A stretch of 64,000 nt of DNA from Verrucomicrobiota bacterium (GTDB lineage: Bacteria > Verrucomicrobiota > Verrucomicrobiia > Limisphaerales > VHCN01), in contig VHCN01000001.1 of assembly GCA_016871675.1 (NCBI GenBank), positions 66,268 to 130,267 of the forward strand, read 5' to 3'. The position numbers were made by a program, and so were the translations under genes. Every line of letters starts with the position of its first letter. Positions within the stretch are counted from its first letter, which is position 1. Shown in pieces: positions 43,135 through 54,286 of this stretch. The notes beneath the pieces are model-generated. The model was not told the DNA's origin and ran no database searches. It was given only the letters and a program-made list of their open reading frames with translations.

Positions 43135-45753
43135 CTACGGCGAGCGCAGCCGGTAGAACCGCTGCGGCTGCGTCGCGTCGTCATTGAACCGGCGCGTGAT
43201 CACGGAACCGTTCGTCACCTGCGTCACGCCAGCGGAGACGTCCACCCACACGACATTCGAGGAGGCCAGCGCGGCCGCGGCTTCGAGCGCGAAATTCACG
43301 ACCGAAAACGGCCACGACACCTGTGCCTGCTGCGCGCTGAACAACTGAATCGAGAGCGTCCGCTGCGCCACGGTGATGACCGGGATGAGCACGGTGTTGA
43401 AGTTGTTGAACGTGTTCGGGTCGGACTCCGCGAGCGTGAGGTTCATCTGGTTGTTCACGAAGCCGTCGGTGGCGGGCAGCACCAGCAGCGTGATCGTGGC
43501 GGCCGAGCCGTTTGTGATCACGCCGAGGTTCGCGGTGAACACGCTGTTCGCGAACGAGTGCGAGCCTTGCGACGTGAACGCGGACACGAAGCCGACGCCC
43601 GCCGGCAGCGTGTCGGTGAACACCACGCCCGTGGCGATGGACGGACCCGCGTTGCTCACGGTGATGTTGAACTGGATGTTCTGCCCGAGCTGCACGATGG
43701 ACAGCGCATTGGTGTAGGAGAGCACGAGGTCGGCCGTGGTCGTGACGGTGAAGGTCGTCGCGTTCGCGCTCGAGCCCGACGGCGTGACGACGGTAATCGG
43801 TCCGGACGACGAACCCGCGGGCACCGTGGCCGTGATGTTCGTCGCGGAATGCACGGTGAACGACGCATTCACTCCGTTGAACCGCACCGCGGTCGCGCCC
43901 GTGAACGTGCGGCCGAGAATGCTCACGCTCGTGGTCGCGGGCCCGAGCGTGGGTGTGAAGCTGTCCACGCGCGGGGTCACCGCCACGGTTCCCGGCGTCA
44001 GGAAAACACCCGCGGGCGTGACGAGCCGGAGCTGGCCCGTCGTGGCATTCGTCGGCACCGTGAGCGTGATCTGCGAATTCGAGTTCACCGTGAAGGGCGC
44101 GGCGGCGCCATTGATCTCGACCGCGGTCGCGCCGGTGAAGTTCGCGCCCGTGAGCACGATCGTGCCGCCGACATTCGTGCCGAATGGCGCGACGGCCGCG
44201 AGTTGCGGCGGGACAAAGAACGTCGCCGGGTTCGTGTGCGAGCCGAGCGGCGTCGTCACGCTGATCGGTCCCGTCAGCGCGCCGGGCGGGACGTCTGCGC
44301 TGATCTGCGACGCGGCGGATGAGAAGAAGTTCGTCGAGGCCACGCCGCCGAATCGCACCGCCGTGGCGCCGGTGAAGTTCGCGCCCGTGAGCAGCACCGT
44401 CGAGCCGCGCGGACCGTTGGTGGTGGAGTAGCCCGTGATGAAGGGCCCGGTGCCGGTGACGGTGAAGTTCGCCGGGTTCGTGTGTGTCCCCGCGGAAGTG
44501 GTGATCGAGATTGGGCCGGTGGTCGCGCCCACGGGCACGGTGGCCTGGATCTGCGTCGCAGCCGTCGCGCTGAACGATGCGGCGACGCCGTTGAACCGCA
44601 CGGCGCTCGTGCCGGTGAAGTTGATGCCGTTGATCGTCACGATCGTGTCTGGCGCGCCGATGGCAGGCGTGAAGTCTGTTGCGAACGGCGCGGTGCCGGT
44701 GATGAAGTTCGTCGCGGTAGCACCCGTGCCGCCCGCGGTGGTGACGGTGATGGGGCCTGTCGTGGCCGTCGCAGGCACGACGGCTTGGACGCGATTCGCG
44801 GTGACGGAAGTGATCGCGCTCGCGGCGACGCCGTTGAATCTCACGGAGGTCGTGCCGAGAAAATTGAAGCCATCGAGGGTCACGGTCGCGCCGGGTGAGC
44901 CGACGGGCGTGCCGGTCGCGGAGTTGAAGACGTTGGTGATGAGCGGCTGTGTGCCAGTGAGGAACACGGTTGCGTTCGTGGTCGAGCCGCTTGAGGTCGT
45001 GACGCTGACGGGGCCATTGGTCGCGCCCGCGGGCACGATGGCGCGGAGTTGCGTCGGCGCGGTGACGGTGACGGAGCCGGATGCGACGCCGTTGAACCGG
45101 ATGGCCGTGGCGCCGGCGATGAAGTTCGCGCCGTTCATCAGCACCTCGGTGCCCGCGGGGCCGATGAGGGGCGTGATGTCCGTGATGAGCGGCTCGGCGC
45201 TCACGACGAAGTGGGCCGCATGGGTCGCGCTGCCGGCGGCGTTGACGATGACGATGGGCCCGGTGGTCGCACCCGCGGGAACTTGCACGGAGATTTGCGT
45301 CGGCGCGGTGACGGCGCCGCTTGTGGCCGCGACGCCGTTGAATGTGACCGCAGTCGCGCCGTTCACGAAGTTCGCGCCGTCGATCACGATGGTCGCGCCC
45401 ACGACGCCGCGCAACGGCGTGATGTTGGTGATGGCCGGCGGCGGGAGGAAGTCGGCGGCGCCCGGCAATCCGCCGGAGCTTGAGATCACGGTGATTTTGC
45501 CGAGCGTGGCCCCGTTGGGGACGGTCGCGACGATTTGGTTCGCGTTGGCAACGAGGAAGTCCGCGAGCCCGGTGCCGAACTGCACGCGCGTGGCGTTGCC
45601 GAAGTTGGCGCCGGTGATGGCGACCTGCGTGCCGGGCGCGCCGAGCGCGGGCGTGAAGCTTGAAACCGACGGAGTCTGGCCCATCGCGACACCGCCCGCG
45701 CAGGCGAGCAGGACGGAGAGCCAGTGGAAGCTGAGGTTCGGCCGGCGGGCCAT
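43135..45753 (-). CDS. Large secreted protein: eight IPT/TIG repeats, a DUF11-like domain and a C-terminal domain ending …RFYRLRSP
   Basis: A signal peptide is followed by eight ~80-aa units of the form P.I….P..G..G..V.I.G.NF.GATAV.FNGV…VP.GATTGPI.V.T. The next segment (DLVLSYTN…NITVSNAGPSIATGVVFTDTLPAGVGFVS) is DUF11-like. ATG 45753 was chosen. Confidence 0.8.
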   Translation of the reverse strand: MARRPNLSFHWLSVLLACAGGVAMGQTPSVSSFTPALGAPGTQVAITGANFGNATRVQFGTGLADFLVANANQIVATVPNGATLGKITVISSSGGLPGAADFLPPPAITNITPLRGVVGATIVIDGANFVNGATAVTFNGVAATSGAVTAPTQISVQVPAGATTGPIVIVNAAGSATHAAHFVVSAEPLITDITPLIGPAGTEVLMNGANFIAGATAIRFNGVASGSVTVTAPTQLRAIVPAGATNGPVSVTTSSGSTTNATVFLTGTQPLITNVFNSATGTPVGSPGATVTLDGFNFLGTTSVRFNGVAASAITSVTANRVQAVVPATATTGPITVTTAGGTGATATNFITGTAPFATDFTPAIGAPDTIVTINGINFTGTSAVRFNGVAASFSATAATQIQATVPVGATTGPISITTSAGTHTNPANFTVTGTGPFITGYSTTNGPRGSTVLLTGANFTGATAVRFGGVASTNFFSSAASQISADVPPGALTGPISVTTPLGSHTNPATFFVPPQLAAVAPFGTNVGGTIVLTGANFTGATAVEINGAAAPFTVNSNSQITLTVPTNATTGQLRLVTPAGVFLTPGTVAVTPRVDSFTPTLGPATTSVSILGRTFTGATAVRFNGVNASFTVHSATNITATVPAGSSSGPITVVTPSGSSANATTFTVTTTADLVLSYTNALSIVQLGQNIQFNITVSNAGPSIATGVVFTDTLPAGVGFVSAFTSQGSHSFANSVFTANLGVITNGSAATITLLVLPATDGFVNNQMNLTLAESDPNTFNNFNTVLIPVITVAQRTLSIQLFSAQQAQVSWPFSVVNFALEAAAALASSNVVWVDVSAGVTQVTNGSVITRRFNDDATQPQRFYRLRSP

Positions 45754-45840
45754 TCTCACGGCAGCACTGAAACAGACATTCCCGCGCGCGCCAATACGGG
45801 AAAACCCCACTTTTGACCGGCTTGGGGATGGGGAGGCGTG

Positions 45841-45882
45841 GTGCGTGAAGCGCCGACGTCGCGATCAGGCATCTTCACGCAC
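45841..45882. repeat. Perfect 10-bp inverted repeat (stem-loop) between the esterase and IPT/TIG genes
   Basis: gtgcgtgaag (45841-45850) pairs perfectly with cttcacgcac (45873-45882). The 22-nt loop contains the palindrome cgacgtcg. No U-tract follows on either strand, so this is not a canonical intrinsic terminator. Confidence 0.4.
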
Positions 45883-45900
45883 CCCGCGCCACGAACGCAC

Positions 45901-46530
45901 TCACTTCCCCGGCTCAAGCTGCTTCACCACAAACTCCCTGATCACCGCGAGTTCCGTCTCGCCCATGATCGTGTGCGCCTTCGGGAACTGATGCCATTCG
46001 ATGTGCAAGCCCTCGGCCTTCAACTCGTTCACCTGCTCGCGGACGAGCGCGAACGGGATGAGCGGGTCCGAAAGCCCGTGCGTGATGAGCAGCCGCTGGT
46101 CGCGCGCGACCGCGGACATTTCCGCCAGCAGCGCCGCGGGTTCGTGCACGTAGCCGCTGATGCCAACGAGCCCGGCGAAGCGGTGCGGATAACGAAGCCC
46201 GACCTCGACCGTCATCAAGCTGCCTTGCGAGAAGCCGAAGAGCATCGTGTGCTCCGTCGGAAAACCGCGCGCGCGCCGGGCGTCGAGCAACTCGAACAGC
46301 ATCGCCGTGCTGCGCTCGATGCCCGCGCTCGCGTCGCCGGGGAATTCATACCACGCGAACCCGCCGAAGTAGTCGTCCGGCGCGTTCACGAGCAGGTAGT
46401 TCAGCCATGGGAGGTTCAGCTCGTGCGGCAGCCAGCGATAGCCCTCCATGCTGTCGCCGAGCCCGTGCAGCACCACCATGAGCCGGCGTGAATTCCCGTC
46501 GCGCGCGGGGATCAACTCGGTCGTCAGCAC
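45901..46530 (-). CDS. Alpha/beta hydrolase, phospholipase/carboxylesterase family
   Basis: 209 aa with LMVVLHGLGDS, the nucleophile elbow GFSQGS and downstream D and H residues. The start codon is GTG. Confidence 0.8.
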   Translation of the reverse strand: MLTTELIPARDGNSRRLMVVLHGLGDSMEGYRWLPHELNLPWLNYLLVNAPDDYFGGFAWYEFPGDASAGIERSTAMLFELLDARRARGFPTEHTMLFGFSQGSLMTVEVGLRYPHRFAGLVGISGYVHEPAALLAEMSAVARDQRLLITHGLSDPLIPFALVREQVNELKAEGLHIEWHQFPKAHTIMGETELAVIREFVVKQLEPGK

Positions 46531-46635
46531 GCGCGGATGTTATCCGCGATGTTGATGCGGTGAAACGGCGATTTCCACTGCCAACGGTTTGTCACTGGCC
46601 ACCGCCCTGGTCCGCTCGTATCTTCCCGTGTTGCC

Positions 46636-48786
46636 ATGGCTGACAACGCCGCCGAATTCCCGCCCGCGCACTTCCTCAACCGCGAGTTGAGCTGGCTCGA
46701 ATTCAACCAGCGCGTCCTCGACGAGGCGCTCGATGACACGGTGCCGCTGCTCGAGCGCGTGAAGTTCTTCTGCATCGCCAGCTCGAACCTCGACGAGTTT
46801 TTCGAGGTGCGCGTCGCCGGGCTCAAGCAGCAGATCGAGAGCGAGGCCGTCGGGCGCAGCGTGGACGGTTTGACCGCGAGCGAGACGTTCCGTGCCGTGA
46901 ACCGCCGCGTGCGCCGGATGGTCGCGCGCCAGTTCAACTGCTGGCGCGATGAACTGCGCCCCGCGCTTGCGGAAAAGGGCATCCGTTTCCTCACCTTCGA
47001 GGAACTCGGCAAGGCCGACCTCGGGTGGATCGAGGAGCATTACCGCACGCAGGTGCGGCCCGTGCTCACGCCGCTGGGCATTGACCCGGCGCATCCGTTC
47101 CCGCAACTCCTCAACAAGTCGCTCAACCTGATCGTTCGCGTCGAGATCGAGCTGCCCGACAGGCGCGAGACACGCCTCGCCGTGGTGCAGGTGCCGCGAT
47201 CGCTGCCTCGACTGGTGAAGCTCCCCCATCCGGGCGGGCGCATGAACTTTGTCTTCCTCAGCCACATCATCGGTCGCAATCTGCCCGACCTCTTCCCCGG
47301 CACACGCGTGCTTGGGCACTGGCAGTTCCGCGTCACGCGCAACAGCGAGCTCTACATTGACGAGGGCGATTCGCCGAACCTGCTCAAGGCCGTCGAAACC
47401 GAGCTGCACAACCGCCGGAAGGGCGAAGCCGTCCGCCTCGAAGTCGAGCTCGATTGTCCGCCGGACATTCGCGCGAAGCTGCTCGAATACCTGCGCCTCG
47501 CCGAGGACGACCTGCACGTGATTGACGGGCCGGTAAATCCGACGCGGCTCGTTGCGGTGTGCGAGGGCGATCACTCGCCGGAGCTGCGGGACCCGCCGTT
47601 CGTTGCGCCGGTCACGCCCGCGCTGCGCGAGCCCGGCTCAATGTTCGCCGCCGTGCGCGAGCGCGATGTGCTGCTGCATCATCCCTACGACAACTTCGAC
47701 AGCGTGGTGACGTTCCTCGAGCAGGCCGCGGCGGATCCGCGCGTGCTCGCGATCAAGCAGACGCTTTACCGCACCGGCGGTGACCCACGCATCATCGGCG
47801 CGCTCAAGGAGGCGGTCCATAACGGCAAGCAGGTCACGGCCGTCGTCGAGTTGAAGGCGCGCTTCGACGAGGCCAACAACATCGCGTGGAGCTGCCGGCT
47901 TGAGGAAGCCGGCGTCCACGTCGTCTATGGACTCGTCGGCTGCAAGATCCACGCGAAGATGACGCTCGTGGTGCGCCGTGACGACGACGCCATCCGCCGC
48001 TATGTCCATCTCGGCACCGGCAATTACAACCCGACGACGGCGCGCTTCTACACGGATCTCGGGCTGCTGACGTGCCGGCCGGACTTCGGCGAGGACGCGA
48101 CCAACCTGTTCAACCTGCTCACGGGCGTCTGCCAGTTCCAGGGGATGCGCAAGTTCATCGTCGCGCCGTTCAACCTGCGCGACCGGTTGGCCGGGCTGAT
48201 TCGGCGCGAGGCGCAGCACGCCGCCCGGGGCCTGCCCGCCCGCATCATCGCCAAGATGAACGCGCTCGTGGATCCTGAGATCATCCGCGAGTTGTATCGC
48301 GCGTCGCAGACGGGCGTGAAGATGGACTTGATTGTCCGCGGCACCTGCTGCCTGCGCCCGGGCGTGAAGGGCGTGAGTGACAACATCACCGTGCGCAGCA
48401 TCGTGGACCGGTTCCTTGAGCACAGCCGTGTGTTCTGGTTTGAGAACGCCTGCCAGCCCGAGGCGTTCATCGCCAGCGCGGACTGGATGCCGCGCAACCT
48501 GAACCGCCGCATCGAAGTGATGTTCCCGGTCGAGGATGGCAACCTGCGCGAGCGGGTGAAGAGCGTCCTGCTCGATACCGCGCTTGCGGACAACGTGAAG
48601 GCGCGCTTGCTGCAACCCGACGGCTCATGGCGGAAGCCGGCGCTGAAGCGCGGCACAGCGGCCCGGCGCAGCCAGGCGGCGTTTATCCAGATAGCGGTCG
48701 CGGAAGCTTCCAAGCCATCCGGTTCCCCGCGTGGGGCCCCGGCCCGGCTTCGCCCGCGCCCGCGCCCCGGGCCCCGGGCGGGCTGA
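46636..48786 (+). CDS. ppk: Polyphosphate kinase 1
   Basis: 716 aa. FLNRELSWLEFNQRVLDEA and FFCIASSNLDEFFEVRV are the PPK1 N-terminal signature. Two PLD-like C-terminal domains are present (…HAKM…). Confidence 0.95.
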   Translation: MADNAAEFPPAHFLNRELSWLEFNQRVLDEALDDTVPLLERVKFFCIASSNLDEFFEVRVAGLKQQIESEAVGRSVDGLTASETFRAVNRRVRRMVARQFNCWRDELRPALAEKGIRFLTFEELGKADLGWIEEHYRTQVRPVLTPLGIDPAHPFPQLLNKSLNLIVRVEIELPDRRETRLAVVQVPRSLPRLVKLPHPGGRMNFVFLSHIIGRNLPDLFPGTRVLGHWQFRVTRNSELYIDEGDSPNLLKAVETELHNRRKGEAVRLEVELDCPPDIRAKLLEYLRLAEDDLHVIDGPVNPTRLVAVCEGDHSPELRDPPFVAPVTPALREPGSMFAAVRERDVLLHHPYDNFDSVVTFLEQAAADPRVLAIKQTLYRTGGDPRIIGALKEAVHNGKQVTAVVELKARFDEANNIAWSCRLEEAGVHVVYGLVGCKIHAKMTLVVRRDDDAIRRYVHLGTGNYNPTTARFYTDLGLLTCRPDFGEDATNLFNLLTGVCQFQGMRKFIVAPFNLRDRLAGLIRREAQHAARGLPARIIAKMNALVDPEIIRELYRASQTGVKMDLIVRGTCCLRPGVKGVSDNITVRSIVDRFLEHSRVFWFENACQPEAFIASADWMPRNLNRRIEVMFPVEDGNLRERVKSVLLDTALADNVKARLLQPDGSWRKPALKRGTAARRSQAAFIQIAVAEASKPSGSPRGAPARLRPRPRPGPRAG

Positions 48787-48817
48787 ATCGGGTGCCGCCG
48801 CGAAGGGAATATCACGC

Positions 48818-48847
48818 CTTGACTCCTCGTGGTGATCCCACCATATT
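48818..48847 (+). promoter_or_regulatory. Candidate sigma70-type promoter upstream of rpoD
   Basis: TTGACT (48818-48823) is followed after 18 nt by CATATT (48842-48847), about 45 nt upstream of the rpoD ATG. This is a pattern match only. Confidence 0.3.
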
Positions 48848-48892
48848 TCGCGGCTCTTTTTGCCGGGAAGCCGGCGTTTCAGAACGAATGCT

Positions 48893-50764
<1,872 letters not shown>

Positions 50765-50871
50765 ATCCGGGATCAGGCTTCCGGCTCCGCACACCCATTC
50801 GTCTCATCCGGCCCGCCGGGCCGCCTGAACTCGCTCGACCCGTTCCCGGCCTCGTGCAAGACTCCCTCCCC

Positions 50872-51375
50872 ATGGCCACCAAGCCAAAGCCGCTCGTCGG
50901 CATCATCATGGGCAGCCAGTCCGACTGGGACACGATGCAGCACGCCGCCGCTCAACTCGACGCGTTTGGTGTGCCCTACGAGGCGCGGGTCGTCTCCGCG
51001 CACCGCACGCCGGATGCGATGTTCAGCTACGCCACCCGGGCCGCAGCGCGCGGGCTGGAAGTCATTATCGCCGGCGCAGGTGGCGCGGCGCATCTGCCCG
51101 GCATGACGGCGTCGAAGTCGTCCCTGCCCGTGCTGGGCGTGCCCGTCGAGTCCAAGGCGCTCAAAGGCCTCGACTCGCTTCTCTCCATCGCGCAGATGCC
51201 CGGGGGCGTGCCCGTCGGCACGCTTGCGATCGGCAAGGCCGGCGCGATCAATGCCGCGTTGCTCGCCACGGCGATCCTTGGCAACAAGCGCGCAAAGTTT
51301 CGGCGCGCCTACGCAGCCTTCCGCGCCAGGCAGACCGCCACCGTGCTCGCGAACGCCACGGTGAAGCGCGGCTGA
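50872..51375 (+). CDS. purE: N5-carboxyaminoimidazole ribonucleotide mutase
   Basis: [20 protein letters not shown] and [10 protein letters not shown] match PurE. ATG 50872 was chosen. Confidence 0.9.
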   Translation: MATKPKPLVGIIMGSQSDWDTMQHAAAQLDAFGVPYEARVVSAHRTPDAMFSYATRAAARGLEVIIAGAGGAAHLPGMTASKSSLPVLGVPVESKALKGLDSLLSIAQMPGGVPVGTLAIGKAGAINAALLATAILGNKRAKFRRAYAAFRARQTATVLANATVKRG

Positions 51376-51388
51376 ACCCGCGCCGATC

Positions 51389-51793
51389 ATGCCCGGCTAC
51401 TCCGGCACGCCGCTGGTTCAGAAACTTGGCCTCAAGGAAGACTTCCGAATCCGGCTTGTCAACGCCCCCGACGACCTGCCCGCGGGACTCGGCCCGGTTC
51501 CCGCTGACATTGTGCGGGCAAGGGACGGACGCGCGCCGGTTGATGTGGTCCTGTTCTTTGCGCCGTCGCGGGTGGCGCTCGAAGAACCCTTCGGCAAGCT
51601 CGCGGCGCCACTGAAGCCCGCGGGCATGTTGTGGATCGGATGGCCCAAGAAAAGTTCCGGCGTCGTCACAGACATCACCGAGTCGCTCGTCCGCGAAACG
51701 GGGCTGATGGCCGGCCTGGTGGACGTGAAAGTCTGTGCCATCACAAACGTCTGGTCCGGCCTCCAGTGTGTCCGCCGCGTCAAGGACCGCTAA
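51389..51793 (+). CDS. DUF3052-like protein
   Basis: 134 aa. The N-terminal GYSGTPLVQKLGLKE and the later LWIGWPKK match my recollection of DUF3052 family proteins. Confidence 0.55.
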   Translation: MPGYSGTPLVQKLGLKEDFRIRLVNAPDDLPAGLGPVPADIVRARDGRAPVDVVLFFAPSRVALEEPFGKLAAPLKPAGMLWIGWPKKSSGVVTDITESLVRETGLMAGLVDVKVCAITNVWSGLQCVRRVKDR

Positions 51794-51926
51794 CGCGCCC
51801 GGGCTCGCGCCTTCACCCACCAGCCCCGGCGGACAGTAGCACCCGGGCAACCGGCTGTCACGACAGTCCACCAAAGTTCGGTGGCGCCGCACCGCGCCGT
51901 CCTGATAGCATCCGCCCAACGACCCG

Positions 51927-52727
51927 ATGAACGCCGAGACCCGATTCGACCTCGGCCTCAACTACGGCCAGCTCCTGGGCGGCGCGCTGTTGTGGACGCT
52001 TGGCGGGCTCGTCGTCGCCGTGCTCGCAGCCGTGCTCTGCCACTGGGCCGGGCACAAGCTTGGCTGGTTCCGCCTCAAGCGCGTCGATGAGCCGCGCAAA
52101 GTGCTCTGGTCCGTCGCCATCCTCGGCGCGCTGCTGTGCGCGGTCATTGGCGGCTGGACCGGCTTCAAGCTCGGCATCGTGCGTGCCGCGGTGTCCGCGG
52201 TGACCACTGCCGGGCCGAGACTGCTGCACGCGGGCATCGAAGAGGGATTGCGCGCTGCCGGGCTGACCAACGCCGCGGGCGTCGAGGTAAAGAAACTTCA
52301 CGAACTGCTCGACCAAGCCGGGAAACTGGAACTCGTCCCGCCCAACCTCCCCGAGGCCGAAAAGTGGCGGCCTTACATCGAGACGTATCGCCCGCAGATC
52401 GAAAAGATTCGCCAAGAGCTCCTTGCTGGTGCGCGCGGAATCCTCGACCGCCACGTCAAGGGCGACACCTTCACCGTGCCCGACTTGGTGAATGCGCTGA
52501 TGCCGATGCTCACGGGCGAGTTGGTGAAATGGACGCGCGGCTTCACGCAGTGGGAGATTTTCACGGGTTTCCTTTGGATTGCGGGAATTGAGGGATTCCT
52601 CGCGCTGATGTGTTTCATCGTGCGCTGTTTCAGCGCGAAGCCTGCACCGGGCGCTCCGTCCAATCCGCTGAAACCGGTCCCGCCCGAGGGGCCACCTCGC
52701 GTCCCGCCCGCGCTGCCCGCTGTGTGA
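51927..52727 (+). CDS. Hypothetical membrane protein with Pro-rich tail
   Basis: 266 aa with 2 N-terminal and 1 C-terminal hydrophobic helices. The middle is a soluble helical region. I recognise no family. Confidence 0.5.
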   Translation: MNAETRFDLGLNYGQLLGGALLWTLGGLVVAVLAAVLCHWAGHKLGWFRLKRVDEPRKVLWSVAILGALLCAVIGGWTGFKLGIVRAAVSAVTTAGPRLLHAGIEEGLRAAGLTNAAGVEVKKLHELLDQAGKLELVPPNLPEAEKWRPYIETYRPQIEKIRQELLAGARGILDRHVKGDTFTVPDLVNALMPMLTGELVKWTRGFTQWEIFTGFLWIAGIEGFLALMCFIVRCFSAKPAPGAPSNPLKPVPPEGPPRVPPALPAV

Positions 52728-52795
52728 AGAGCGGGGTCTGGATCAGCGGCGAGCACGCACCGCGCGCCCAACCGGCCGCGCAATCCGCCTTTCAA

Positions 52796-54286
52796 TCAAT
52801 GATGTGTGGCGCCGGCGAGCGCAGCGGCGATCGGATCGAGCAGCAGGTCCGGCGCGCAGCCGAGCAGCACCACGCCGGCTGCGATCAGGCCCAATGCGAT
52901 CGTTGAGGCGGGCGGGACGGCGATCGGCGGCGCGTCTTCCGGGGCTTCCTCGACGAACGCCTGCTTGAGCACGAGCAGGTAGTAATAGAGCGACACCGCG
53001 CTCATCGCGATGGCGGCGATGACGAGCCAGAGCAAGCCGAGGTTTTTCGCCGCGCCCGCCGCGGCGACGAACACGTAAAACTTGCCGAAGAACCCCGCGA
53101 GCGGCGGGATGCCCGCGAGTGAAAGCAGGAAGATCATCATGCACACCGCGAGCATCGGCGAGCGGCGGCGCAGACCGGCGAAGTCCGCGAGGGTGGCGTC
53201 GCCGCCGCGCTCCATCACGCCCACCACGCCGAGCGCGCCGACCACCGTCAATCCGTAGGTCGCCACGTAGTAGAGCAGCGCGGAGACGCCGCGGTCGCCG
53301 TCGCCGAGGATGCCCAGCAGCGCGTAGCCCGCGTGCGCGACGGCGGACCACGCGAGCAGGCGCTTGACGCTCGTCTGCGCGATGGCGGCGAGGTTGCCAA
53401 GGATCATCGAGAGCAGCGCCACGGTGCAGAGCAATGGCGTCCAGCCCGCGGCCGCGTTGCGCCATGCGCCGCTGCCTTCCGCGCCCGCGAAGCCGGCCGT
53501 CAGGACCTTCGCCAGGAGCAGAAAGCTCGCGACCTTCGACCCGCCCGCGATGAGCGCGGCGGCGGGCGTGGGCGCGCCTTGATACGCGTCCGGCGCCCAC
53601 AGGTGGAACGGCACCGCGGCGATCTTGAACCCGAAGCCCATGAGAGTGAGCACGAGCGCGACGGCGAGCATCGGGTCGAACGCGCGCGCGTGCATCGCCC
53701 GCGCGATTTGCACGAGGTCGATCGAACCCGTGAGCCCGTAGAGGAGGCTGAGGCCGAAGAGCATGAAGGCCGCAGCCATGCCGCCGAAGAGGAAATACTT
53801 GAGGGCGGCCTCGGCTGAGCGGGGGTTGCGTTTGTTGAAGGCGGCGAGCGTGTAGAGCGACAGGCTCGCGAGTTCGAGCGACACGAAGATCATCAGCAGG
53901 TTCTCCGTGCTCACCATGAACATCATCCCCACGGTCGCGAGCAGCACGAGCGCGACGAACTCGCCCGCGTGATCCGTGAAGTCCGCGTCCACCGCCAGCA
54001 GCAGGGTGAACGCCGCGAGCGCGAGCAGCACGAACTTGGTCACGCGCCCGAGCGGCTCGACCACAAGCATGCCTTCCGCAACGCGCCCGTGCGCGCCCGA
54101 CTCGGCCATGAAGAACCCCGCCGCGAAGAAGCCGAGGAACGCGAAGAGGCCGGCGACGAGCATTCGGTTGCGGACCGGTTCTCCGCGCATGACGGTGAGG
54201 TCGATCGCCAGCACGGCCAGCGCGGCGAGCACCACGAGCGTCTCGGGCGCGGCGAGCTTGAGCAGGGCGAGGTAGTCCGCACTCAT
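52796..54286 (-). CDS. nuoN: NADH-quinone oxidoreductase subunit N
   Basis: 496 aa. FKIAAVPFHLWAPDAYQGAP and LSLAGIPPLAGFFGKFYVF are NuoN/ND2 signatures. The start overlaps the upstream stop (ATGA). Confidence 0.9.
   Translation of the reverse strand: MSADYLALLKLAAPETLVVLAALAVLAIDLTVMRGEPVRNRMLVAGLFAFLGFFAAGFFMAESGAHGRVAEGMLVVEPLGRVTKFVLLALAAFTLLLAVDADFTDHAGEFVALVLLATVGMMFMVSTENLLMIFVSLELASLSLYTLAAFNKRNPRSAEAALKYFLFGGMAAAFMLFGLSLLYGLTGSIDLVQIARAMHARAFDPMLAVALVLTLMGFGFKIAAVPFHLWAPDAYQGAPTPAAALIAGGSKVASFLLLAKVLTAGFAGAEGSGAWRNAAAGWTPLLCTVALLSMILGNLAAIAQTSVKRLLAWSAVAHAGYALLGILGDGDRGVSALLYYVATYGLTVVGALGVVGVMERGGDATLADFAGLRRRSPMLAVCMMIFLLSLAGIPPLAGFFGKFYVFVAAAGAAKNLGLLWLVIAAIAMSAVSLYYYLLVLKQAFVEEAPEDAPPIAVPPASTIALGLIAAGVVLLGCAPDLLLDPIAAALAGATHH

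Noticed and set aside
43135-45753. Regular ~240-bp DNA periodicity considered as a CRISPR array or non-coding tandem repeat
   Set aside because: The repeats are much longer than CRISPR repeats and have no unique spacers. They translate in one frame into eight IPT/TIG domains.
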